This document shows, in pieces, positions 1 through 10,123 of a DNA stretch of 64,000 nucleotides. The DNA is from an uncultured Candidatus Saccharibacteria bacterium. Lineage in GTDB: Bacteria > Patescibacteriota > Minisyncoccia > Phycocordibacterales > PALSA-1337. The stretch is taken from contig CAZGUZ010000002.1 in NCBI GenBank assembly GCA_964529025.1, forward strand, positions 6,885 to 70,884, written 5' to 3'. Position 1 is the first letter of the stretch. Every line of letters begins with the position of its first letter. The translations under genes and the position numbers were made by a program. Below the pieces are notes generated by a model. It searched no databases, was not told where the DNA came from, and saw only the letters and a program-made list of their open reading frames with translations.

Positions 1-282
<282 letters not shown>

Positions 283-338
283 TTAAGTTAGATTAATGAA
301 TAAATACTGATAAACGCTATCTAATACTATATTTAATA

Positions 339-653
339 CTATTCAACTACTGCAATTATTTCTGTATCCTGAACAATAACGTACTTTGTATCATCTACGA
401 CAATGCCTTCGCCCCATGTAAACAATACGGCATCTCCTTTTTTAACTGATACTGGAATGAGTTTGCCACTTTCGTAGCGACCTTCGCCTACTTCAACAAC
501 GATACCGCGCTTTACACTTGTATCAACTGCGGCAGTTGCGGGAATAATAATGCCTGATTGAGTCTTCGTCTCAGTATCCTTGCGTACATCTTCACGAATG
601 AGTACACGACCACCGAGAGGGCGAATGCTTGTCTGTTGTTTCTTAGCTGTCAT
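339..653 (-). CDS. groES: Co-chaperonin GroES
   Basis: IRPLGGRVLI...SGIIIP...GIVVEVGEG...VKKGDAVLF; start moved to ATG at 653. Confidence 0.95.
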   Translation of the reverse strand: MTAKKQQTSIRPLGGRVLIREDVRKDTETKTQSGIIIPATAAVDTSVKRGIVVEVGEGRYESGKLIPVSVKKGDAVLFTWGEGIVVDDTKYVIVQDTEIIAVVE

Positions 654-779
654 AAAGATATGTAAATTAATGAATAATGGCCGACGAATACCTAAGGCCT
701 TGCACAACAATTATAGTGATACGGGGGTCATTTGCAAGGTGATTTGCATAAGCATTTAAATGTGCTATCATAGGGGTAC

Positions 780-1010
780 ATGAACGCTATTTCTTCAGTA
801 CTACCGTATATACAGCTCGTACTCTCTGTGCTTCTCGTTGGAGCAGTACTTCTACAGCAAACTGGCGCTTCAATCGGCGGTGCTTTTGGTGCTGACAACT
901 TTAGCTCTGCATACCATACTCGTCGCGGCTTCGAAAAAACCCTCTTTATTATTACTATTATCCTTAGTATTTTGTTTGCCATTTCTGCTCTCGTAGCACT
1001 TATTGCTTAA
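780..1010 (+). CDS. secG: Preprotein translocase subunit SecG
   Basis: 76 aa, two TM helices, VLLQ...GGAFG...TRRGFEKTLF pattern. Confidence 0.9.
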   Translation: MNAISSVLPYIQLVLSVLLVGAVLLQQTGASIGGAFGADNFSSAYHTRRGFEKTLFIITIILSILFAISALVALIA

Positions 1011-1072
1011 GCTTTGCTTGTGCAAAAAACGACTTCGGTCGCTCTACTCTAGTTAGGAATGGCTTGTGTACC

Positions 1073-2914
1073 ATGAACACGATCCACTCAGATTCTCCCC
1101 ATACAGAAACAGCAAGTTTTACTTCTCGAATCCCTGGTACTCGCTGGATTGCTGCAACAGTAAATAAGTTTACTCACACAGAAAAACTTATTGCTGGTGT
1201 TTTGGCTGCAATTCTTTGTGTAAGTACTATTGCCCTTATACTCACCATTAATAAGAAGTTTCTTGTTGAAATCCCAACTCAGGGTGGAATTATTACTGAG
1301 GGCGTGGTTGGTATTCCTCGCTTTATTAATCCAATCCTTGCTTTTACTGATGCTGATCGCGATCTAGCAAGCCTTATCTATGCTGGCCTTATGAAGTTTG
1401 ATGGCGTTCGGGTTGTTCCTGATATTGCCAAAGACTATACCGTAAGTAATGATGGCCGCGTTTACACATTTACACTTCGTAATGATGTATTTTTTCATGA
1501 TGGCACAAAGCTCACTGCTGAAGATGTAGAATTTACTATTCTTAAAGCTCAAGATCCAGAACTTAAAAGTCCTCTCCGTGCTTCATGGGACAAAGTTAAA
1601 GTTGAGCGTGTCAGTGAATACGTAATTCGTTTTACTCTTGATCGAGCATATGAACCTTTTATTACCAATATGACTTTGGGAATCTTACCCAAGCACATTT
1701 GGAATACTGTAGAGCCTGAGCAATTTACCTTTAGTAACTACAATATTGAGCCTATTGGTGCAGGACCTTTCCTTTTGGATAAAATCATGAGGGATAAGGG
1801 TGGCTTACCTACTGCGTACGAACTTATTCGTTTTGACGAATTTCATACCGGTGAAGCTTATCTTGATGGAATCACTCTTCGCTTTTATACCAATGAACGC
1901 GAACTTATTGATGCATACAATGAAGGCATTATTGATGGCATGAATTCTATTTCGCCTAAAGAAGCTCAGCGACTTAATTTCCTTTTGCCAAGCCTTACTA
2001 TTGAGCGCGTTGCTTTGCCCCGCATCTTTGGAGTCTTTTTTAACCAAAGTCAAAATGAAGTTCTTGCTTTGCCCGAAGTTCGCCAAGCATTGTCAGTAGC
2101 TATCAATCGCGAGCGCATTGTGCAAGAAGTTCTTGCTGGATACGGAGTACCTATTGATTCTGCCCTTCCTTACAGCCTTACAAGTTCAACAACTCGCACA
2201 AATGCTGAACCTCTTAAAGCAATGCTCAGCACTACAACTGAAACATTTATTACTGACGCTCGGTCAATCTTAACCAAAGCTGGTTGGACTCTTGCTTCAT
2301 CATCAGATACAACAAGCGGTTCAATACTTGTTAAAAAGACTAAGACCGGTTCATATACTCTTGATTTTACTTTGAGCACTTCGAATGCTCCCGAGCTTAA
2401 ACGTGCAGCAGAACTCGCTCAAGAACAATGGGAAAGACTCGGCGCTCGAGTTACACTTAAAATCTTTGAAACTGGCGACCTTAACCAGAATGTTATTCGC
2501 CCTCGAAACTATGATGCCCTTCTTTTTGGAGAAGTAATTGGCCGCGACCTTGATCTTTTTGCCTTTTGGCATTCTTCACAAAGAAATGATCCTGGACTTA
2601 ATATTGCACTCTATACCAATAGCAAAGTCGATAAACTCCTTGAACAAATTCGTACCGAAACATCTGAAACTAAGCGAAAAGCGCAGTTCAAAGAACTTGA
2701 TACTTTGATTAAGAATGACGACCCTGCAGTATTTATATTTTCTCCAGACTTTATTTATATAGTTCCTCCACAACTCCACGGAATGAATCTTCAACACATT
2801 ACTACATCAGCCGACCGCTTTAGTAGCGTTGCCGATTGGTATGTCGATACAGAGTACGTGTGGAAGTTTTTTATGCAGAGTGAACTCTTACAAAAATACG
2901 CTTTTATTAAATAA
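1073..2914 (+). CDS. Peptide/nickel ABC transporter substrate-binding protein (family 5, OppA-like), N-terminal TM anchor
   Basis: PDIAKDYTVSNDGRVYTFTLRNDVFFHDGTKLTAEDVEFT and PIGAGPF motifs. Confidence 0.9.
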   Translation: MNTIHSDSPHTETASFTSRIPGTRWIAATVNKFTHTEKLIAGVLAAILCVSTIALILTINKKFLVEIPTQGGIITEGVVGIPRFINPILAFTDADRDLASLIYAGLMKFDGVRVVPDIAKDYTVSNDGRVYTFTLRNDVFFHDGTKLTAEDVEFTILKAQDPELKSPLRASWDKVKVERVSEYVIRFTLDRAYEPFITNMTLGILPKHIWNTVEPEQFTFSNYNIEPIGAGPFLLDKIMRDKGGLPTAYELIRFDEFHTGEAYLDGITLRFYTNERELIDAYNEGIIDGMNSISPKEAQRLNFLLPSLTIERVALPRIFGVFFNQSQNEVLALPEVRQALSVAINRERIVQEVLAGYGVPIDSALPYSLTSSTTRTNAEPLKAMLSTTTETFITDARSILTKAGWTLASSSDTTSGSILVKKTKTGSYTLDFTLSTSNAPELKRAAELAQEQWERLGARVTLKIFETGDLNQNVIRPRNYDALLFGEVIGRDLDLFAFWHSSQRNDPGLNIALYTNSKVDKLLEQIRTETSETKRKAQFKELDTLIKNDDPAVFIFSPDFIYIVPPQLHGMNLQHITTSADRFSSVADWYVDTEYVWKFFMQSELLQKYAFIK

Positions 2915-2950
2915 ATTATTAAAAATTATCATTAACATTATAAAAAATAT

Positions 2951-4972
2951 ATGACAACAGAAATAACACAAACAAAGACAGACGGAGCAGCATCACATGG
3001 TGCTGGTCACAACACATCACACCGTGCGCACGGCGCTGGTGCCCATACTGGCCACACAGGTCACGGAGCTCATCGCGGTGCACGCGGCGATCACCGCCCT
3101 CGCCGACCACACCCGCATCATGCAGGTGCAGCAGGTACAGGATTAGGTGGAGCACACCGAGCAGGAGGACATCGACCAGCCGGAGCACGCAATGCTCGTG
3201 GCGGTAATCGTATGCGCCGCGGTATGGACAGACCAAGCTCAACACCGATTGATACTCAAATTCACAAAAAGGTTGAGGATATTATTCCAGCAATTGGCGA
3301 CAATATTCGTATTATTCCCCTTGGAGGAGTAGAAGAAATCGGTAAGAACATGACAGCCATTGAATACGGTAACGACATTGTTGTTATCGACATTGGTTTT
3401 CAGTTTAAAGATGAAAACACTCCTGGTATCGACTACATTCTTCCTAACACTAAATACCTTGAGGAGCGACAGGACAAGGTACGTGCAGTAATTATTACTC
3501 ACGGCCACCTTGACCACATTGGAGGTGTTCCTTATGTAATGCCACGTATTGGTAATCCACCACTCTATACTCGAAACCTTACTTCGGTTCTGATTAAGAA
3601 GCGACAAGATGAGTTTCCTCATATGCCACCTCTTGATATTAAAATCGTCGAGAAAGATGAGGTGATTCGCATTGGTGATCTTAAGATTAAATTCTTTGCA
3701 GTAACTCACACAATTCCTGATGCTATGGGAGTTATTGTTGAAACTCCTTATGGTTCAATTGTTCACACAGGTGACCTTAAGCTTGATCACGTTAATGGTA
3801 TTCCAACTGATGAAGAAAATGCCGAGTACGAACGAGCTTTCAAAAATGAAAAGGTTCTTTTGCTCATGGCAGACTCTACTAACGTAGAAAACCCAGGATT
3901 CTCTATGCCCGAAAAGCAGGTGCATAAGAATATTGAAGAAATTATTCGAACAGTAAAAGGCCGCCTTATTATTGCAACATTCGCATCTCTTCTTGAGCGT
4001 ATGCTTAAGATTGTTGAGTTTGCTGAAAAATATGGCAAGAAAGTTGTTGTTGAAGGTCGCTCAATGAAAACCAACATTGAGATTTCAATGAAGTTGGGAA
4101 TCCTTAAGCCAAAAAAGGACACCCTCATTACCGTTGATGAAATGGATAACTATCCGCCTGAACGAATTATTATTCTTGCTACAGGTGCTCAAGGAGACGA
4201 ATTCGCAGCCATGATGCGAATGTCAAACAAGACGCATAAGTATGTAAAGATCAATAAGCGAGACACGATTCTTTTGTCATCGTCTATTGTTCCTGGTAAT
4301 GAACGATCAGTGCAGCGACTTAAAGATAACCTTTCTCGACAAGGAGCTCACATTATTCACTACAAGATTGCCGATGTCCACTCTTCTGGACACGCAAACC
4401 GCGATGAAACAGCTTGGATTCACAAAAAGGTAAATCCTAAGTTCTTTGTTCCAGTTCACGGTTACCACTACATGCTCCGCGTTCATGGAGACATTGCCCG
4501 CGAAGCAAATAATCTTCCTGAAGACAATGTGATCATTCCTGATAACGGCTCAATTATTGAGATCCAAGAAAAAGGTACAAAGATTGTAAAGCTTAAAGAA
4601 AAGGCTCCATCAGGTATTGTTATGGTTGACGGTTTCTCTGTGGGAGACATTCAAGAAGTGGTGATTCGAGACCGCCAAATGCTTGCTCAAGATGGTATCT
4701 TTATTATCTTCGGTATTGTTAATGCTCAAACAGGAAAGCTCAAGAAGTCGCCTGACATTATTTCACGAGGCTTCGTTTATTTGCGCGAATCGCAAGAGCT
4801 TTTGCATCAAGCACGAACTATTATCAAAACAACTATTGATGAAGGTTCACAAGGAATGAATCCAATTAACCTTGATTATGTTAAGAATGAAATTACTGAC
4901 AATGTAAGTAAATTCCTCTTCCAAAAGACAGCTAAAAGACCAATTGTTATTCCGGTGCTCTTAACGGTATAA
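2951..4972 (+). CDS. rnj: Ribonuclease J with His/Gly/Arg-rich N-terminal extension
   Basis: IIPLGGVEEIGKNM, THGHLDHIG, HTGD, HSSGHA, PVHG motifs. Confidence 0.96.
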   Translation: MTTEITQTKTDGAASHGAGHNTSHRAHGAGAHTGHTGHGAHRGARGDHRPRRPHPHHAGAAGTGLGGAHRAGGHRPAGARNARGGNRMRRGMDRPSSTPIDTQIHKKVEDIIPAIGDNIRIIPLGGVEEIGKNMTAIEYGNDIVVIDIGFQFKDENTPGIDYILPNTKYLEERQDKVRAVIITHGHLDHIGGVPYVMPRIGNPPLYTRNLTSVLIKKRQDEFPHMPPLDIKIVEKDEVIRIGDLKIKFFAVTHTIPDAMGVIVETPYGSIVHTGDLKLDHVNGIPTDEENAEYERAFKNEKVLLLMADSTNVENPGFSMPEKQVHKNIEEIIRTVKGRLIIATFASLLERMLKIVEFAEKYGKKVVVEGRSMKTNIEISMKLGILKPKKDTLITVDEMDNYPPERIIILATGAQGDEFAAMMRMSNKTHKYVKINKRDTILLSSSIVPGNERSVQRLKDNLSRQGAHIIHYKIADVHSSGHANRDETAWIHKKVNPKFFVPVHGYHYMLRVHGDIAREANNLPEDNVIIPDNGSIIEIQEKGTKIVKLKEKAPSGIVMVDGFSVGDIQEVVIRDRQMLAQDGIFIIFGIVNAQTGKLKKSPDIISRGFVYLRESQELLHQARTIIKTTIDEGSQGMNPINLDYVKNEITDNVSKFLFQKTAKRPIVIPVLLTV

Positions 4973-4981
4973 CAGATCTGC

Positions 4982-5007
4982 AAAAAAGCACCGCGAGGTG
5001 CTTTTTT
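4982..5007 (+). terminator. Intrinsic terminator after rnj
   Basis: AAAAAAGCACC-GCGA-GGTGCTTTTTT. Confidence 0.85.
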
Positions 5008-5075
5008 CATATGTATTTAATAAAACCCACACTTATTGCCAATAAGTTTTTGGGGTACATGCTATAATTATTTAT

Positions 5076-6251
5076 ATGCTTCACCATCCGCACATTCGTA
5101 AGCGACGCAGCTTATACACTCTATTAACCATTGGTTTCCTTTTTGGTTTACATGCAGCTTTGCCGGTATATACCAATTCAAGTTTTCTCGAAACTATTAC
5201 CGATGAAAATGTTATTGGTTGGCTCTACACTTCGGGCGCCCTACTGACAATTATTGGTTTTATCATTGTTCCACATATCGTTGAGCGTATTGGTAATTAC
5301 AAAACCTGTATTTCCCTCTTAGTTGCGCAAATCATTATTATGTTTGGTTTGTCGACAACACAAAATGATGAATTGATCATGTTGCTTTTCGTTCTATCGA
5401 TTGCAACAACAAGCCTTATTACCTTTACCATTGACGTATTTATCGAAGCAAAAACATCTATTGGCGATACAGGCAGAGTGCGCGGCCTATTTTTAACCGT
5501 AGTTAACTCAGCTTTTCTTTTGGCGCCAATGCTTGCTGGTAGCCTTGCTGAAGGTGGCGATTACCGTGGAATCTTTGCAATTGCTTTTGGACTCTTAATT
5601 CCCCTCTTGTATATTATTCACTCAAACTTTGATCACTATAAGGATGCCGAGTACTCACATGAAAAGTTTTTGACGACGGTGCGCCATGTGGTTCACAACA
5701 AAGACTTGCGCGCAATATTCTCGGCTAACCTTATTTTGCATACATTCTATGCTTGGATGGTTGTGTATACGCCAATCTACCTTAATTCAACGCTTGGTAT
5801 GTCGTGGGAAAGCATTGGTATTATCTTTACTATCATGCTTTTACCTTTCGTTTTCGTAAACTTTCCTTTGGGAAAAATTGCCGACACTCGCTTGGGCGAA
5901 AAAGAACTTATGAGTGCAGGTTTCCTTTTGATGGGACTTTCTACTTGTGCTTTGGCTTTTATTACGACACCAAGTGTTTGGCTCTGGTCTCTTGGACTTT
6001 TAATGACACGTATTGGGGCTGCCACTGCGGAAATTATGATAGAGACATATTTCTTTAAAAAGGTTCCACAGCAAGATGCTCATGTTCTTGGACTTTTTAG
6101 AATCACTCGCCCCGGTGCCTATATAGCTGCTCCCGGTCTTACAGCAATTGCATTTATGTTTACCCACAATTACACCTATATGTTTATAGGCCTTGGAATT
6201 CTTGTACTCTTTGCTCTTCGCTATACACTCAGCATTAAAGACACAGCGTAA
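5076..6251 (+). CDS. MFS transporter
   Basis: About 12 hydrophobic segments; GKIADTRLGEK loop motif. Confidence 0.85.
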   Translation: MLHHPHIRKRRSLYTLLTIGFLFGLHAALPVYTNSSFLETITDENVIGWLYTSGALLTIIGFIIVPHIVERIGNYKTCISLLVAQIIIMFGLSTTQNDELIMLLFVLSIATTSLITFTIDVFIEAKTSIGDTGRVRGLFLTVVNSAFLLAPMLAGSLAEGGDYRGIFAIAFGLLIPLLYIIHSNFDHYKDAEYSHEKFLTTVRHVVHNKDLRAIFSANLILHTFYAWMVVYTPIYLNSTLGMSWESIGIIFTIMLLPFVFVNFPLGKIADTRLGEKELMSAGFLLMGLSTCALAFITTPSVWLWSLGLLMTRIGAATAEIMIETYFFKKVPQQDAHVLGLFRITRPGAYIAAPGLTAIAFMFTHNYTYMFIGLGILVLFALRYTLSIKDTA

Positions 6252-6254
6252 TAT

Positions 6255-6500
6255 TTACGAATTATTCTTGAGGCCTGCTAAATACTTTTCTACCGTAGGA
6301 GCATCTGAATCAGCAAGAATGTGGCCGTCAATATCAAGCGTAGGTGCTTTTGTTTGTCCTGACTTTGTTTTCATTTCTTCAAAGTATTGAGGGTTAGTGA
6401 GGACTTCGCGCTCTTCATAAGCATAGCCTTTTTCATTAAGAAAATTAAGAACCCCCGTGCACCATGGGCAACCTCGTTTTGTATAGATAATAATGTTCAT
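6255..6500 (-). CDS. Glutaredoxin family protein
   Basis: YTKRGCPWC; SGQTKAPTLDIDG. Confidence 0.9.
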   Translation of the reverse strand: MNIIIYTKRGCPWCTGVLNFLNEKGYAYEEREVLTNPQYFEEMKTKSGQTKAPTLDIDGHILADSDAPTVEKYLAGLKNNS

Positions 6501-6541
6501 AGTTTTTATAGAATTTAATAAATCTGCACAATAAGTTTTGG

Positions 6542-7450
6542 CTATATGAGCTTACATTCAATAGCCATGAAAAGTGGGATTTCTTTTCGCATACGATCTT
6601 CTTCAAACTTTCGTGGGCCTGGGCCACTTTCTTTATGAGAAATCCATTCTTCGATTCGAGTAATTGCAAAACCAGTTTTTGCTAATGATTTTACATACAC
6701 CTGCAAAGGTCGATTAAATGAAACTGTTTCGATTTTTCGGCGAGGGTCATTGGTTCCTGGGGTCATGTCAATCTTTTCTCGAGACTCTGACATATAGGCA
6801 TCAATGCGGCGATATTGCTTTGGCTGTTGTGAATCTTTTGTTTCATCCCAACCCCAACTTGAACGCTTAATTGCGCGGAACATAGGGTGATTGAGCACAA
6901 GGACAAATGAGCCGCCCGGTTTAAGTACACGAGAAACTTCGGCAAAAACACTGTGTATGTGTTCAATATTTTGAATTGCCAAAATAATCATTGCTTTATT
7001 AACCGAGCGAGGGCCGAGGTAGGCAATACGCTCTGCTGGCGAAACGTGGTAAATAATTTCATTGCGGCGTGTACCAGTTTTTGGCGTTGCATTAGTTTCG
7101 AGTTTTTTTGCATGAGCAATGAGCTCGGGAGCAATGTCAGAGGCAGTGATTTTTGCTCCAAGCTGAGCAAAAGCACGTGCAAAATAACCCTGGCCACAAG
7201 CAAGGTCAAGAATATGATCTTCGGGACCTGGATTAACTAAACGGAGTAAATTGGGCAAAACAACATCTGATTGATAGGTCGAACTTTCATGTTCAAGGAG
7301 GTTGTTATACCAACCAGCCACACCGCCCCATGATGTTGGGTTGGCATTTTTTGTTGTTTGGGGTCGAGGCCGTGAATCTGAGCGTGCTGCGCGGGGGCCA
7401 TCATCTCGGTACTGGCCACGATTCTGCCCTTTTCGGTGGAGTTTTTTCAT
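6542..7450 (-). CDS. Class I SAM-dependent methyltransferase
   Basis: ILDLACGQG motif I; RVLKPGG. Confidence 0.9.
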   Translation of the reverse strand: MKKLHRKGQNRGQYRDDGPRAARSDSRPRPQTTKNANPTSWGGVAGWYNNLLEHESSTYQSDVVLPNLLRLVNPGPEDHILDLACGQGYFARAFAQLGAKITASDIAPELIAHAKKLETNATPKTGTRRNEIIYHVSPAERIAYLGPRSVNKAMIILAIQNIEHIHSVFAEVSRVLKPGGSFVLVLNHPMFRAIKRSSWGWDETKDSQQPKQYRRIDAYMSESREKIDMTPGTNDPRRKIETVSFNRPLQVYVKSLAKTGFAITRIEEWISHKESGPGPRKFEEDRMRKEIPLFMAIECKLI

Positions 7451-7527
7451 GGCAATATTGTACCATTTAATTCAAAAATTAGCTCTTTTCTTGTTGAAAT
7501 AAAAGCCGTATACTACCACCACACTAA

Positions 7528-8844
<1,317 letters not shown>

Positions 8845-8884
8845 TACATAGCATTAAGTCCTAGTTAAGCCATAAGTGAACCGT

Positions 8885-8910
8885 AAAAAGAGCCTTCCGG
8901 GGCTCTTTTT
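8885..8910 (+). terminator. Intrinsic terminator after eno
   Basis: AAAAAGAGCC...GGCTCTTTTT hairpin. Confidence 0.8.
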
Positions 8911-9035
8911 GCTTATTATCCACAGAGCCCAGTTGACACCTTGTGTTTTTGTGCTAGGCATGCTATAATATTGACAGGTGTACGTTCACATGGTGTGAAG
9001 CTAGTACATATAGGGGGAAACCCCGGAAAGGTAAC

Positions 9036-10067
9036 ATGAAGCAAAAGTTCGTTCCATTGTGGACGAGCCTCATGCTCGTCCTTGTCCTCCTGGGGGTTTT
9101 CGCCCCCAATGTGCTCAGTCAGAGCACGAATAGTGGTGGCACTGCCGCACCTGCGGTCGTAGAACCTCAGTATCCCGGGGATTTTGTTCCCGAGGAGATT
9201 CCGACCACACTCGCGAAAGCACGTGAGTATGCCTTAGAGGCAGCTTACGGGCTCATTGTTGTGGTTGCCACTGATGTTAACTGGGTCCAACACATGTTTG
9301 TGTGGGACCATAAGGGAACATTGGAAGCCGGCATGCGTGCAGCAGCACAATCTGTTGCGCTGTCCGAGGTGTTTAACACCAACCTGACCCACCAGATCGT
9401 GGTTACGGCGGTTGATAAGGCAGCTGTTGGTGTGTATGCAAATACGCCCTGGCTGTACTACCGTCATGACAACAAGAAAAATTCTGTCGCCGCAAGTCAG
9501 GTGGCAGAAAAACTGGTAGTCAACTTCTACCCCGACAAGTTTGGGGTGATCGAAGTGGTCATGCCGTGGGTTGCAACCGCACACATCCGTGGCGAAGACA
9601 TGTCTGGAAAGACTGTCCACATGGACGCAGCAAGCGATGGTGGTACGTCTCCATTCTTGGTTAAGCCGAACTTCGACGTTGGTGCAGTTAGGCTACCAAT
9701 TCCCCTTACTGGATTCAAGAATGGGGTACTGGTTGTTAGTAACCAGTTCATGGAAGCCCACCACTTTGAACTACCGAGCGGCCGATTCATCGGCACCTTT
9801 GTAGAGCGGAGTGTCTCGATCTCGCCGATTGCGTCAGAACCTGGCAGAGTGCAGGTCACAGTGCGAGGTAAGATCGGGGAGACCGTCCAGGTTTTTGCTG
9901 GACCCTCACCTGAGTACATGGTGAGGCAACTCCACTCCGATAAGCATCTGTTTATTCAACCAGGGGGCACCCTCAGGCTGAAAATTGATGCGAAGGAGGA
10001 CGCAAGCTTTTTCAAGGCTTTATACTTCAGTAGCCAGGAAGAAGCTCAGCGCTCGTTGAAGCGCTAA
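9036..10067 (+). CDS. Secreted hypothetical protein, GC-richer than neighbours
   Basis: 343-aa ORF with signal-peptide-like N-terminus, GGAAAGG upstream, own promoter and terminator. Confidence 0.75.
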   Translation: MKQKFVPLWTSLMLVLVLLGVFAPNVLSQSTNSGGTAAPAVVEPQYPGDFVPEEIPTTLAKAREYALEAAYGLIVVVATDVNWVQHMFVWDHKGTLEAGMRAAAQSVALSEVFNTNLTHQIVVTAVDKAAVGVYANTPWLYYRHDNKKNSVAASQVAEKLVVNFYPDKFGVIEVVMPWVATAHIRGEDMSGKTVHMDAASDGGTSPFLVKPNFDVGAVRLPIPLTGFKNGVLVVSNQFMEAHHFELPSGRFIGTFVERSVSISPIASEPGRVQVTVRGKIGETVQVFAGPSPEYMVRQLHSDKHLFIQPGGTLRLKIDAKEDASFFKALYFSSQEEAQRSLKR

Positions 10068-10083
10068 AGAAATATCAACCCTC

Positions 10084-10112
10084 AAAAAACCCCGACTTCG
10101 GTCGGGGCTTTT
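10084..10112. terminator. Bidirectional terminator between convergent genes
   Basis: AAAAAACCCCGAC-TTCG-GTCGGGGCTTTT. Confidence 0.85.
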
Positions 10113-10123
10113 CTTTTATTATT

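Noticed and set aside
654-779. CIRCE/HrcA operator upstream of groES
   Set aside because: No TTAGCACTC-N9-GAGTGCTAA; only divergent sigma70-like promoters are visible.
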